A model generated the notes under the pieces. That model ran no database searches. It worked only from the letters and a program-made list of their open reading frames with translations, and was not told the origin of the DNA. DNA of 53,620 nt, the filler included, from Squatina squatina (taxonomy: Eukaryota), in assembly GCA_031763465.1 (NCBI GenBank). It is 3 parts of 3 records of this genome, joined end to end, with 100 filler letters (N's around TTAATTAATTAA, not from the genome) between each part and the next. Parts side by side here need not be neighbours in the genome. Positions count along the whole stretch, not along the records: positions 24,481 to 39,737 come from JARFOE010000168.1; 2 more parts are not named here. The stretch is one strand, 5' to 3'. The translations under genes were made by a program, and so were the position numbers. This document shows, piece after piece, positions 25,241 to 39,069 of this stretch (position 1 is its first letter; the number at the start of each line of letters is the position of its first letter).

Positions 25241-26887
25241 TTATCCAATATGGCACGTGGTACATTTCCTGCGCAGAATGAGCATGCGCATGCCACCCGC
25301 CATATTGACCGCTTAGGAGCCCGTATTACTTCTGTAAAACAGGCGCAGCGCAGTCGAATTTCTCGGCCATTGATTCTGTATTTGCACAGAAGTCATAAAT
25401 GGCTAAGCTGGGGTACTTGTGCTTATTACTAATGAATTTAAATGGAGCATAACTATGAAACAAGTACTGAAAGGTGAGGTGGTGTTGGGGTTAATGCAGT
25501 ACAAACACTTGTGTATTTATATTGTGGCGCTTTTGTAGTGTAAGTTATTTCATACCATTATTATTTTTGCTGTGGTTTGGCAGACTGTTAAGAGGGTGGT
25601 GATAAGTGGTGTACAGAAGGGATCTTCTCTATTATGAACAGTGCAATGTCTTCAAATTTACTCCAATAAATCATGGCCTGGAGTGACCGATGGTGTGAAT
25701 TCTTTACATTGGTCAAACAACATCACGTCATGTATCTGCTCGTTTTGTTCAGCTGTCAGATAACATGGGGCAACTGTCTCCTTGACGTCTCCGTTGGCAG
25801 CATGCAACTCCTCTTTACTATGAAAGGGTAGACAAGGTTCCAGTGAGAACAAGTCCCACTAATTCAAGCTGAGCCAACGCAGCCCTCCATGGTAACCTTC
25901 ACCACTAACAGTGCGTTTGAATGGGGCTTGGTGACAAGGGTGAAAAGAGATTTCCAGTGATGATTTCCTGCCACAATGATCTGTTCCTTCCCAGCCTAAG
26001 AATTCATATTTTGAGACTCACTTATCTGTGTAGACATATCTCTGAATAACAAACTCATCTGCATTCACAGCAATGACATTTCACTGCCAATTGTGTCAAA
26101 ATGGAACAGGATGAGAGGTGTGTGTGTGTGTGTGCTGTGTTCACAGGGGCTGTTTCAGTATTAATTCCCACTGCATTGGCCTCTGTCAGTCATATTGTAA
26201 AATGTCATCCAACTGGTGGGAATTAAAGCTCAAATGTTTGGAAAAGAAACGGTGACAGCAGATTCAAAAAGACTCAGTGAACTTCAAATTCCTCCAGACA
26301 AAAACAACATAGTTAAGAGCTTGGGCTAATTATCACAATGATAATGATTTGAGTTTTCTAAATAGGTTTCTTTGAAACCTCTTTACACTAAACATGAATT
26401 TTGTTAATATGAATTTTGAAGATAAGTAACACCTAATATTTGATGGACAATTCTGTATGTGCACTTCATNNNNNNNNNNNNNNNNNNNNNNNNNNNNNNN
26501 NNNNNNNNNNNNNNNNNNNNNNNNNNNNNNNNNNNNNNNNNNNNNNNNNNNNNNNNNNNNNNNNNNNNNGACATCACGATCTCCGGGGCGCAGGAGATCG
26601 TAGCAGTAAGGTTCACCGGCAGCGCCAGGGAAGTGCAAGGGCAGTTCTCGGGCGTCGGTACTTTCGCCGCGCCCAGTCGGAAAGCCGTATGCACCCCTTT
26701 ATCGCCTCCCCGGAAGCACTAATAGGAGGTGCAAAGGAGGCCAATAATTCCTGTGTTAATAAAACTGAATCGAAAATCCTGATCACTAATGTTCCTCCTG
26801 TGAGCTGACTTGTGAGTCTCATCTTTACTACACAAACTTATCTAACCCACACGACTTCTCAGGACATGGATCTATGCAATGGCAGAT

Positions 26888-27145
26888 GGCCCTGATTTTA
26901 ACTCCAGGTGGACTCCCCCCGCTCAGATCTAAGTTAAAATACAGTCCGCTCTCAATGATGTCATCAGACCACAACATGCATATGTAAAGAAGGACCCTGT
27001 TGGCTTTGGCCGTGTGTCCTTGCTGCCTGCTCAGGAGAGCTGGTTAAAACTGCAGATGTTGCGACCATGGCGGCTTTTGGACAGGGCGATTTTAACTGTC
27101 CACCCGCCAGGTTTCTGCTGAACCAGTGAGGTTAAAACCACCCCC
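26888..27145. mobile_element. MITE with imperfect TIRs
   Basis: GGCCCTGATTTTAACTCC versus rc of the end, GGGGGTGGTTTTAACCTC. Confidence 0.6.
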
Positions 27146-28289
27146 AGAAGCTGCAGGATATGATTTATCAATAAATGGGCTGACGTGATAACTCATGAAA
27201 AATACAGATTAAATTTCAGGGCTCCTTGTCATATTATATTCAGAAAATGATTGAAATTGAATAAGAATTAAATAGAATTTTTATATTGAAATATCAACGA
27301 AATGAATGTGGAGACTGAGGGTCAGTGCCAATGAAGTGTCTGTGAAATAAGTCTTAGTGTCGATGTAATTGTGACATAATTTCTATTAACATCAATAACA
27401 TGCAATGATACAGTGCTTTTAATGTTTAAAAAAATACTTCACAGAGGCATAAGGGAAAACATAAGTAAAATAATTGACACATAAGGTATAAGCTGCACAT
27501 TGTACCAGGAGGAATCAGATGCAATGATGAAATGAAGCAAGAAATATCCTTAGCAATGATTATGCTTCGGGCTTCAGTCATTTAAATTTCAGGCAAACAA
27601 ACCATTTTCTGGAAGGCTTATCCTGATTCTCAGAGAACATTACAGAGCCACAGAACATCTCTGCGTGAAGCAAGCTCCTGTAACTTGCTTCATTCTTGTG
27701 CACACACACTGCCACAATCCTCAAACCGTTAAACAAGAGCCAGCTGAAATACCCAAGCTGCGCTATGTAAACATAATTCCGCTAATGAAGCGATATTTCT
27801 ATGCTGCTGGGATACTCTTACACTTTCCACATTGCTTTTATTAAGTCAAAGTAACTTGGCAGTAACTCGTAGAATGTACAAGGCTGATTCTAAACAAATC
27901 TTCAAGCACATGACCTCCCAATCATGTCTGCAATAAACTTTAACAAATACCATTTCCTGTAATATAAATATGACAGCACATAATCGCGTCTGCTATGTAT
28001 ATTTATGAAAACTGCCATGTAAAGAGGATATAAATATGGATTTTTGGATAATTTATATCAGTTATTTCACGTGGAACTGTTTTGATGAGCATTTTCTGAT
28101 GAACATTTAAAGCTTTGAGTGCTGAAAAATCTCTTTGGCTTTCAAATAATACTGTACATCATTTCTTCCATGGAATCCCTGGAGAAATGACATTACTGGC
28201 CATTTTTACCATTTTTCCAGTGTTTCCACCGATCGTCCATTGAAATTATCGCGGGATATCGGGCAATCCTGCAGAAAATTACACTTTTT

Positions 28290-28709
28290 TTTTGTTGGGA
28301 TGTGGGTGATGCTGGAAAGGCTGTGTTTATTTCTCATCCCTAGTTGCCCTGAGAAGGTGATGGTCTTCGCTTTGAACTGCTGCAGTCCTTGATAGTGTTA
28401 GGCAGAGAATTCCAGAATATTGACTTGTGGATGATGAAGGAATGTCGAGAGATATCCAAGTCAAGAGTATATAATTTTGAGGGAAACTTGGAGGTGGTAG
28501 GGTTCTCACGACATTACTGCTGTTGTCCTCAGTGGTAGAGGCCGCAGGGGTGTGAAGTACTGTCAGAATAACCTTGGTGCATTGCTGAAGTGCATCCTGT
28601 ACATCATATATAATGTAGCCACAGTGCACCAGTGATGGAGGGAGTGGATGTTTGAGTTGGTGGACGGGGTGCCAATCAAGTGGGCTGCTTCACCCTGGAT
28701 GGTGTTGAG
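28290..28709 (-). mobile_element. CR1/L2-group LINE 3' fragment
   Basis: LNTIQGEAAHLIGTPSTNSNIHSLHHWCTVATLYMMYRMH, a typical post-RT motif. Confidence 0.7.
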
Positions 28710-28809
28710 NNNNNNNNNNNNNNNNNNNNNNNNNNNNNNNNNNNNNNNNNNNNNNNNNNNNNNNNNNNNNNNNNNNNNNNNNNNNNNNNNNNNNNNNNNN
28801 NNNNNNNNN

Positions 28810-29175
28810 ACGTATTGTTCTAGGAAGCTGTCTTGAATGCATTCCATGAACATATCCTTCAGACTACCTTTGCCAATTTGATTTTCCCAGTCTATATGAA
28901 GATTAAAGTCCCCCATGACTATTGTATTACCTTTATTACAAGCTCCTATTATTTGTTGATTAATACTCTTTCCAACGGTATAGCTACTGTTTGGGTCCTA
29001 TAAACTACTCCCACCAGCGATTTGTGCCCCTTGTTATTTCTTATCTCCATCAATTCTGATTCTACTTCCTGATCTTCCAAGCCAAGACCCTTTCACACTA
29101 CTGTCTTTGCATCATCCTTTATTATCAGGGCTTCCCCTCTCCTTTTCCATTCTGCCTGTCTTTTTGAAACATCAT
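28810..29175 (-). mobile_element. CR1 ORF2 AP-endonuclease fragment
   Basis: MGDFNLHIDWENQIGKGSLKDMFMECIQDSFLEQY. Confidence 0.85.
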
Positions 29176-29504
29176 TGAAACGTTACATTGAAATTTAAAA
29201 AATATACGATTTCCTGCCTTCTGCATGAATCTAATTGTCATGTAATGTATAAATTATTGTGCTGAGTTAAAGTACTTTCTCTTTCTCTTTCTTGTTTGTT
29301 TGCCTTGGTCAGTGAAATGTGAATGAAGCTCTTGTTCAATTATGGGATGCAGTTTGCAACATGAAAATTTTAAATATGTGTTCCTGAAGAAATTGCAATG
29401 CTTTTCAAAGTGCTTGATAGTCTTTTCTGTTGTTAAGTTACAAGGCAAGGGAAAAAAAAATTTAAAGGATTTAGTTGGAGGTGCTGCACCGTGCTCGATC
29501 TTCA

Positions 29505-29925
29505 ACAACAACAACAATTTGTATTTATTTAGCATCTTTAATGTAGTAAAACGTCCCAAGTCGCTTCACAGGCGTGTTATAAGACAAAAAATTTGACACC
29601 AAGCCACATATGAAGAAATGATGGCAGATGACCAAAAGCTTGGACAAAGAGATAGGTTTGAAGCAGCATCTTAAAGGAGGAAAGAGGGGTAGAGGTGGGA
29701 AGAGGTTTAGGCAGGGAGTTCTTGAGCTTAGGGCCAAGGCAACAGTAGGCATGGCCACCGAAAGTTGAGCAATTATAATCAGGGATGCTCAAGAGGACAC
29801 AATTGGAGGAGCGCAGATATCTCGGGAGGTTCTGAGGCTGAAAGAGATTACAGAGATAGGGAGGGGCGAGGCCATGGAGGGATTTGTAAACAAGGATGAG
29901 AATTTTGAAATCGAGGCATTGCTTA
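29505..29925 (-). mobile_element. L2 LINE 3' end with (TTG)n tail
   Basis: LDFKILILVYKSLHGLAPPYLCNL...RYLRSS...FGGHAYCCLGPKLKNSLP. Confidence 0.85.
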
Positions 29926-30090
29926 AGGTAAGGGTATCGAGGGACATAGAGCAAAGGCGGATAAATAGAGATGCGGTACAGATCAACCATGATCGACAAT
30001 AACAACCTGTATTTTGTATTAGTGGTCTGGTTGAATGGTGCTACAGGCCCAGGGGGTGAATGACCTACTCCAGTTCCTGTGTTCCTATGT
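29926..30090 (+). mobile_element. CR1 3' end
   Basis: GGTAAGGGTATCGAGGGACATAG...CCTACTCCAGTTCCTGTGTTCCTATG. Confidence 0.7.
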
Positions 30091-30729
30091 TTCAATATTC
30101 CAACATCAATCAACAGTGATTCAGATCACTTCAGTGAATTCACTAGGGAGCCCACCAGTCTTACATTATAGTTACTGGACCACCTTCTAGTGTAATTGTA
30201 ATGTTCTGTAATTCCTCTTCATTTCAACAACAAACACAAGGCACATTAAATGCAGCACATAAATACTTCTTTTACTGAAACCACATTACTCTTGGGTGAC
30301 CTTGTATGTGATTATGATAAACTAGGTCAGAACAATACCTGTTCATTTCCAGCACCCCCACCCCCTCCGCCATCTTTAATCTAGAATGACGCACGAGTGC
30401 GATTGTGACAGTGAGTTATGTGGAGGTTATGAGTGATAGAAACTCCAAATATGCAACAGTTGGCAATTATGTTTTCCCTCTGGCAAAGCAAATCATTTAG
30501 AACTTTGACTTTCCATTGGATGCTGTAAAGTCCGATAGCAAAATAATATTTGGTTTGCAATTCATCCGGAGCATGTTTTGAAACTTTATAACATTCGGTA
30601 GAATTCTTGTTCAAGCTCTTTTATAGGAACCTCTTCAGTCCATTAGCTTACGAACATGGTTCTAAATACAATGACATAAAGCTAAGGCTTCACTTCCTCA
30701 TTGAGCCTGTACAACATTGTACAAATCAA

Positions 30730-31195
30730 GGGCGGCCAATTCGTGGTCAAACTTCTAGCGTCAAATCGGCGCGAAACTGGCGTTAGGCCATTTTTAGCGC
30801 TAAAGCATGGGTGCAAAATTCAGGTGCCTTTTGCGCCGGCACTAAACGGGCACAAAGCCCATAACGCTCAAGGCGCTGGCGTTAGTCTAAACGCGGCACT
30901 GTGACATCATCAGTCCGCGCACCGCCCAAAGTGGCTGCACGTCCAGAATTGCACAGTGTCACTGTGCGCTAAATCCGGCGGTGACAACGCCTGCTTTTTT
31001 CAGCGTTGACACAGGCCTCACCTCGGACAATCCAGCGCAAGCAGCAGGAGTCAGAATAGGCACCATTTTATTTTTGGTCTGCGGGTCCGTGACGCCCGCA
31101 TTACATTACTCTTCATTTTAAAAGCCTCACTCTGAGCCCCTGCTTGCCGATCTTTGGCTTCTCATCTGCTGGAGGAAGCAGACAGTTATCGGGCC
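30730..31195 (+). mobile_element. Harbinger-type MITE, family copy 2 (cut by gap)
   Basis: GGGCGGCCAATTC start after CAA; aligns with 15015 and 50217. Confidence 0.75.
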
Positions 31196-32024
31196 NNNNN
31201 NNNNNNNNNNNNNNNNNNNNNNNNNNNNNNNNNNNNNNNNNNNNNNNNNNNNNNNNNNNNNNNNNNNNNNNNNNNNNNNNNNNNNNNNNNNNNNNTGTTA
31301 CTGCGAGCTTTAAAAAAAAAGGTTCGGACTGCCTCAGAGAAAGGTCCGTGGCAAAGCAGATGATCTCATCGTGCTTCAATTGTGTTGCTACATTGATTGA
31401 GACTATGCTAAATCTTGTCAAGTGACTGCCACCCAGACTGTAGCTCCATTTAAAATCTGCTGCTGTTATTCAATCCATGTTATGCAAGTGATAATAGAAA
31501 GGGGCACGGAGACAGGGAAGTATATGGGGAAAGAATGTCTTCAAAGAGATGTAGTGAATAAAGACTTCATGGATAAGTATGGGAGCCAGGGTGATGAGGA
31601 CAGCTGGAGAAGGAACAATATGAGCACTGAACGGATGTGCGTCTGACATTGAATCTTTAACTGAAGAGGAATTTACAGTCTAAAGTTTAAAAGCCTTCAC
31701 AAGACGTTAAAATAACAGAAGGAACTGGCTATTGCTTCTTTTGAACAGAATAATTAGACAAGTTGTGTGTGTGTGGGGAGGTATCACATGCAGTAAAACA
31801 CCTTCAGACTGATTATGCCATCTTACTAATATTGTAAGGTCTGTAATCAAGGAAAATAAAGAATCATTAATAGCAGATAAATTGATGTGACTACATTTGG
31901 CTGAGTAATATCAGGTTGCCCACCATGTACATTATGTGGAAATTAGAGTTACCCTGAGCTTCTCAATGTTCCAGGCTTTTTTGAATAATAAAGTAAATGG
32001 CCCAAAGTGGTTCAACCACATGAA

Positions 32025-32274
32025 CTTCACCTTGAACCCTGACAATCTTCACCTTAAACCCTGACAAGCTTCACCTCGAACCCTGACAATCTTCACCTTC
32101 AACCCTGAACATCTTCACCTCGAACCCTGACCAGCTTCACCTCGAACCCTGACAATCTTCACCTCGAACCCTGACAATCTTCACCTTAAACCCTGAAAAG
32201 CTTCACCTCGAACCCTGAAAAGCTTCACCTCGAACCCTGACAAGCTTTACCTCGAACCCTGACAATATTCACCT
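32025..32274 (+). repeat. 22-bp minisatellite, about 11.4 copies
   Basis: Consensus CTTCACCTCGAACCCTGACAAK in contiguous units without spacers. Confidence 0.95.
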
Positions 32275-35200
32275 GCCTATAAGGTTGGCTGTAGCAGATT
32301 CTCTACTAACTTTGAAAAGTGANNNNNNNNNNNNNNNNNNNNNNNNNNNNNNNNNNNNNNNNNNNNNNNNNNNNNNNNNNNNNNNNNNNNNNNNNNNNNN
32401 NNNNNNNNNNNNNNNNNNNNNNTGAGCAGCCGTTTGTGCCTTTAAGGACCACATACTTCACTAAAGCTTTAATAACCCCAAGTGCTCAGAAGACCCATTA
32501 CCAGAGCTGATGATTGACGGTGGGATAACAAAGGCGAGGCTTGTTGTTTTCATTAGTTTTAGAGAAACAATGCATTGGTCATCTACAGGACTGGCAGTTG
32601 AGATAATAAGAGTGATAGCTTCTAAAGAAACCTGCCAGGGAATTTCCTTACCTTTGTGTTATTAGTCCATTTAAGATTGCGTTTGTTTCCAACATTACTT
32701 GGAATGTAGTAAATTCCATTAAGTTTAGTGATGTGCTATGAATCTCCTGATCTGGTTAAATATACTGTTTGGCATACTCTTTTTGCCCATTTACATTGGG
32801 TGATCATACTTGCTGCATCATCATGCTTCATTCGGATGGCCTGTAATGAAAAAAAAATCTTCATCCTCAATTTAATCCCTATCATTTGTGTGACCGCAGC
32901 GGAAGTTCAGGTGAATGTTGTGGACTTTCAAATTATACTCGAAGGAAAATCATTGTCGGTGCATGTGGTACCCTGCACAGACACTGGAGTACCATGGGGA
33001 GGAGTATTATCTTCGCTGTCTCCCAGTCCTTCCAGGCTCAATAATGTCTAATTGCATGGTTACATTTCCACAATATTTATGTTTGACAGTCCGGCATTGA
33101 GAGATGAGCAAAGAACAGTCAAGGGCAACGAAAGGCCACCTGACCCATCCTTCCAGATTTGATCCTGCTTACAGTCGTAGAGTCAGATGACTGAAATTAG
33201 GCTCCAATCTTTNNNNNNNNNNNNNNNNNNNNNNNNNNNNNNNNNNNNNNNNNNNNNNNNNNNNNNNNNNNNNNNNNNNNNNNNNNNNNNNNNNNNNNNN
33301 NNNNNNNNNNNNCAATCCAGGAAAGAATTACTCCACTATTTAATTTTTGTTTGGCTGTTCTGAATTTGTAGGCTAAAATTGTCATCAGAAAGTAAAAGAG
33401 ATTAGCAAATTCATGAAATCCCTTCCCAGACATCCCAGCATTGTCAAATTGCGTTTAATTTTATATTATGTCATTTCAGGCAAGGTCAAAAGATTCAGAA
33501 ATCGTTCATTGGGATTCCACAGAACTTGCCCCAAAAATGCTATCGGGTTTAATTTCACACAATATGTTCGTGAAGGATAACCATCTCTGTGTGTGTCGAA
33601 TTTTAGCTGAAATTCAGCTCTCAAGGGAAGAAAACAGTAGTGCATTAATGAAGATGGAACCTGATAAATCAGACAGACACACAGTATTCAGTTATTTATC
33701 ACTGTGTTTTGTGAGGCCTCTAGGTCATTATATCCAGCTGTACGCCTCCACCAGAAAAAGCCAGGAAGTTGCTTTCCCTCTGATCGAAGCAGCGCCCCAT
33801 GCATTGTCCCCTTATTTAAATGTCTAAAAGTGACGTGACCGCATAAAGTCCCACTAATCAAGCTTCATGAGAACTGGCCATCCACCCACAATGTAAAGGA
33901 TCACAGGGGATTAGTGCATTAGACAATAAATAGCAAGTACAGCATAGTGCCTGCAGGCACTTCCGGCTGGTGCATGGGCAGTCTTAATCTTGTAGATCCA
34001 TAAGGAATATTAAAGTGGGAAAATATCCTTCAAGAAATGTAAAATATTCCAGTCAGGCAGCTGAATGGATTTATGTTTAACTGTGGCACTGCATTCTGCG
34101 CATACCACGGAATAAAATGCGAAGAGTCAGACTGATAATTCCTCCACGCTAATCAAATCATTGTGAAAATGCAGACAATAAAAATACTGTTACCGTCGAG
34201 AAATTCAGTAAGGTCAACGCTTTGGGCAAAATGCAGAGAATAATGGCAGCTTTATATTGGAATGGGCATCAGAGCTCAATAAACATTATTGGCTGCCTGT
34301 TTCCGCTAAATAAAGAACATTTTGAACAAGATACACCGGTTCTGTGTACGTTTAATGTTTCTATCTCACTTACTTGTTAGGTTATGCAGTTTTAGTGAAA
34401 ATGTTCCTGAAATCCATTGGTTGCCCTGGATAGGTGGTACAATGTAGCTAAAGGTGTAATATGCTGCCTCTCGCCCTCCTCCTGTTCCCTTCCCCTCTAC
34501 CTCACCTTGTCCACATCTCCCTATCCCTCCCCCTTTCCCTTCCCCCTTTTCCTGAAACCTCTCCTTCTTTTCCCTCCTCCATCCNNNNNNNNNNNNNNNN
34601 NNNNNNNNNNNNNNNNNNNNNNNNNNNNNNNNNNNNNNNNNNNNNNNNNNNNNNNNNNNNNNNNNNNNNNNNNNNNNNNNNNNNCTCAAAACTTAGTGGC
34701 AGCTGTGGCTCAATGGCAGCACTCTCGCCTCTAACATCAAAAGGTTGTGGGTTTCTCCCATTTTAGATCCCTTGGCACTATTTCAAAGAAGATCAGGGTT
34801 ACGATTTTTAACTGTGAAACTTTGGTTATGTTTATTCAAAACAAGGACGTTTTTTGTCATTGTACACTAATGTGTAGCATTTTAGTCAAAGCATATCTTC
34901 AAAGAATGGTTTATTTGTGTCTTTCGTCCAATTTTAGAGAGGAGAAGTTGGTTTCATAATCCGTNNNNNNNNNNAATTATTAAAAATGTAAATAGTGCTG
35001 CATTTGAATGTTGCTGCATTGCAGTGAATCAGAATTAAAAACAAAGCCATTCGTAATATTACAAAGAAGGCCATAAATATTGCACAATTAACATAGTAAA
35101 AGGCCCCAATATTCCTCAAACTGCGATCCTCTCAGTTACGTCAGGATCGTGACCCCTGATGCCCTCCAATGCTGACTCATCCCCCTGGGTAGAGTTTCCG

Positions 35201-35841
35201 AGGTCAGTGGGAGTGTACATCATTTGCGTGTGGCCAGCAGGTGTAATGCCACTTGGGGCACTTGTTCGATGCCCATCTGCACCTGTAAAGTGTGATGGCC
35301 ACCTGCCCCGAGGGGGAGGGGGGTGATGACGACAAGCCATGATTTTTTTTTCTAATTGCCTTTCTATTTGGGGTCCCAGCTCCTTGCCGGGTTGGAACTC
35401 ACCAATGGTGCCCCAATGCGCCCTTGTGGCAGCTACGTATTGGCCACGTGATACACCAGGTATACATCCAGGGCCAAGAGTAGGCATACACATCTTACAG
35501 AGCCCCTGCCCCTGGCCTCATCACTGACTCTTACAATTCGAATTAGACACCAGCTGAAAGAGTGGAGATTTGATGTAACCATTTCTTTCCCCTTTCTCTG
35601 GGGGTTTCTGCCAGCCTCCCACTAAAGTTCCTGGTAGAGCCCTCAAGGAACATCTGGTTCAATGTATTTGAGAAATTGTAATCTGATACTAAAGTTTTCA
35701 CTTAACATAAATGAACCAAATCTATTTTATGATTTGATTTACTTAGCCCTAGCCTGTTGAATAAACAGGGAAGTCTCTGTGATCGAACAGCTATCATTTT
35801 GAGTGACATGTTATTAATTAGGCATTCTCTTNNNNNNNNNN

Positions 35842-36175
35842 GATAGAGTGGATAGGAAGGACCTATTCCCCTTAGCAGAGGGATCAATAACCAGGGGGCA
35901 TAGATTTAAAGTAATTAGTAGCAGGATTAGAGAGGAGTTAAAGAGAATTTTTTCACCCAAAGGGTGGTGGGGGCCTGGAACTCACTGCCTGAAAGGGTGG
36001 TAGAGGCATAAACACTCATAGTATTTAAAAAGTACTTGGATATGCACATGAAGTGCAGTAACCTACAAGGCTACGGACCAAGAGCTGGAAAGGGATTAGG
36101 CTGGATAGCTTTTTGTCGGCCAGCACGGACATGATGGGCCGAATGGCCTCCTTCAGTGTGGTAAATTTCTATGAT
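35842..36175 (+). mobile_element. CR1 3' end
   Basis: TRGHRFKV...FFTQRVVGAWNSLPERVVEA plus 3' UTR ATGATGGGCCGAATGGCCTCC. Confidence 0.85.
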
Positions 36176-37268
36176 TCACTGCTACATACTTTAACTTGCC
36201 TTATAAGTACATACTTACTATACCTAAAAACTGTTAACGTCTATAAAGAAGTGCTCATTTGGTTCCACTTGTATAGATTGACGAGCAGTGTTTTTGAAGA
36301 TAGCCTGCTCTCTTCTTGAAAAGAATAGTTTGCATTTTAAAGTAATGGGCATAACTCATATAATGTGGTGTCAGTGTGGGGCTCTTTTCCTTTGAGGAGG
36401 TATTCAGTGAATAGTAAAAAGAGATTGCTAAAACTAATTAGACAAGAAGGAGCTGAGTGAGGCATATGCTCTCCCATGAATAATTTCATAAGATTGGGAA
36501 ACGAATGTGTTTTGGAAAGTTCCCATGATTGTTCCATTCTCATAATGAATCCCAAGAGGGTTAGTGGATGCCATAGGGCCAAAATTAATTAAACAAATTA
36601 ACTAATAGAGGGCATTTCTTCCACACATTTCAATGTTGGCTATATTGTTATGGGAAAGAAAGTCTCTCACCAGCTTTGAACAGTCCACCTGTTGTTGAGA
36701 ATCTTAGCTCAGGATTTTCAACTTTACTGCTATTTCAGCTGGAATTCTGCCTTAATTAAAACTGATTTGTGGATAAGTCCATCTGTGGGAAATGATGTCT
36801 GGGAATTTCTGGGTCTATCGACAAAGCCTGGCTGACATCAAGTTATCGTAATAAAAAATGAAAACTGTATAAAGGATGGAGGTAAAAGAAGTTGTAAGGT
36901 TTTTTGGGAACAATGAGGAGTGAGTTATGTCAAAAATGCCCAGCAATTCCCCTCAGCTCCTCTAACACCAATCGCCCTTTTGTTTATTGTAAGCACTGTG
37001 GGAACTGGAAACGTTGTTGTTGCTAATCAGAAATTACTGTGAGTTTTACTAGCTTGGCACAGGGCAGTTAATTGGCACACTGCTCCTTGGATCACTCGCT
37101 TTTAAAGGCACCGCTGCCGAGACACTGATTTACTCTCCAGACATTCTCCAAATCAAAGAGTTGGTTTTGTTTATCGTGGGGACTCTCCCTTTAAAGAGGC
37201 TCCTTCTGCACCTCTCAAAGGCTGCAATGCCGGTACTGGTGACGAGCGCCTTACATTTCACCGATGTG

Positions 37269-37359
37269 CTCCCTGATCCTCCAGTGGCGGATTTACGCTG
37301 CAATTTGCAATTCTAAATAATTAGAATATGCCACAGCGAGTGTAGCGGTGGATCAGGAG
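37269..37359. repeat. Imperfect hairpin (probable MITE centre)
   Basis: CTCCCTGATCC ... GGATCAGGAG arms with central ATTCTAA-ATAA-TTAGAAT. Confidence 0.55.
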
Positions 37360-37554
37360 TGGCGCGGCCTATGGCTAGTGAATAAGTAATTTTGCTTNNN
37401 NNNNNNNAATACATTAACAGGAATAAATAATGAATAAATGTTGCACGAACAAACAGCGCTTTTGTAATTTTCACATTGGATCACAGGCTATCACTGTGGA
37501 TTTTAAGAGTGCTGTACTTTACCTCTGATTGATTTCAGAAGTAATTCACACTAA

Positions 37555-37714
37555 TTCCTATTTACCCATCACCCCTGTGCTCACTGACCTACATTGGCTC
37601 CCGGTTAATCAATGCCTCGATTTTAAAATTCTCATCCTTGTTTTCAAATCCCTCCATGGCCTCAACCCCTCCCTAACTTCCAGCCCCACAACCCCACCGA
37701 GATACCTACGCTTC
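37555..37714 (+). mobile_element. L2 LINE fragment
   Basis: PITPVLTDLHWLPVNQCLDFKILILVFKSLHGL. Confidence 0.85.
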
Positions 37715-37814
37715 NNNNNNNNNNNNNNNNNNNNNNNNNNNNNNNNNNNNNNNNNNNNNNNNNNNNNNNNNNNNNNNNNNNNNNNNNNNNNNNNNNNNNN
37801 NNNNNNNNNNNNNN

Positions 37815-37890
37815 TAGGCTAACTGGTCTATAATTCCCCGTTTTCTCTCTCCCTCCCTTTTTAAAAAGTGGGGTTACATTAGCTACCCTC
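37815..37890 (-). mobile_element. CR1 RT fragment
   Basis: VANVTPLFKKGGREKTGNYRPVSL. Confidence 0.85.
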
Positions 37891-39069
37891 CTGTCATGGT
37901 GAGTTGAGAAAAACATGGCAGGACATAGGTGGTAAAGAATGACACAAAAGTAGAGCATTTTATCCTTTGAATATTCAGTGATTAGGGGCTATCTGTTAGT
38001 CAAAATGGCTCGTCTGAATCTATTACATTTCTAAGTTTTCAATGATACAGTGCAAAATATTTCTTACTTTACGGTAATACAAAGGAAGACTGAAAAACTT
38101 AAATACAAATCTTCCAGTTTCCTTTGTCTTTCTAGACCTTATTAAAAGCAGATTACTTCATTATCCTTTCCTGATTGTCTTCAGGATAAGTACTGTGCTG
38201 TTTGCCCAGTCTTCAAACAGTGATGTTTCGTAAATAAATAGCATTTGAAAGGATTTGATTCCTTAGGGGGCAGTATATTCATGAGGGTGCCTGTGTGATG
38301 AAAGGACAGTGATTAATGGTTGGAGACAAAACCAGATGCATTGTTGCCAGTGGAGATGTCTGCTCAGTGTACTCAGGGTATTTGACATCTCACTGATTCC
38401 TCCCTTTTGTAACTACCTACTTTATACATCAAAGGCCCTGCGGAATTTGCTGATAAGTTTGCTCAGCTGAGTACCAGAGAAGAATTTGTGTGTACCCTTG
38501 GAATCTAGGAATACACATTAGTAGAGAAGATTAATGGGGAGATTACACTGTGCTGGTGTGCTATACAGATAAACCTTGATCAATTGGCTTGCAATATAAA
38601 GGCCAGTCTCAATTCTGTCTGCAGTACAGCTGTAAAGTAATATTTGTTGCAAGTTTGCATGCAACATTCCAAGAGTAAAAGCAGGTATTTGCCCTGATCT
38701 GATGCTTTATTGATACTGAGTCCTTTTGTGCATTAGTCCATTAGACTCAGTAGTTTAATTTCCAATATATGCACACTTGTTTCCCCTATTGGCTCCCAGC
38801 AGGGCACCACCAAGGCTGCAAATTTTTTGGCGCTGTTTTTGGCACAGATGGGCATCATGATTCTGTGCACACATGCATGCACTTTGATTTTTAGCAAAGT
38901 ACTGTTGATGTTGACTGCATGCTTTACTGCAAGTATTAGGATNNNNNNNNNNNNNNNNNNNNNNNNNNNNNNNNNNNNNNNNNNNNNNNNNNNNNNNNNN
39001 NNNNNNNNNNNNNNNNNNNNNNNNNNNNNNNNNNNNNNNNNNCCCCCCCCCCCCCCCCCCCCCCCCGCG

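Noticed and set aside
32025-32274. CRISPR-like array
   Set aside because: Units are contiguous with no unique spacers, there are no cas genes, and the context is vertebrate.
35116-35527. 125-aa minus-strand ORF
   Set aside because: GC-rich, no recognisable motif or splice support; probably a repeat remnant.
39043-39067. Poly-C run / G-quadruplex
   Set aside because: Sits at a contig edge beside a gap and may be a sequencing artefact.
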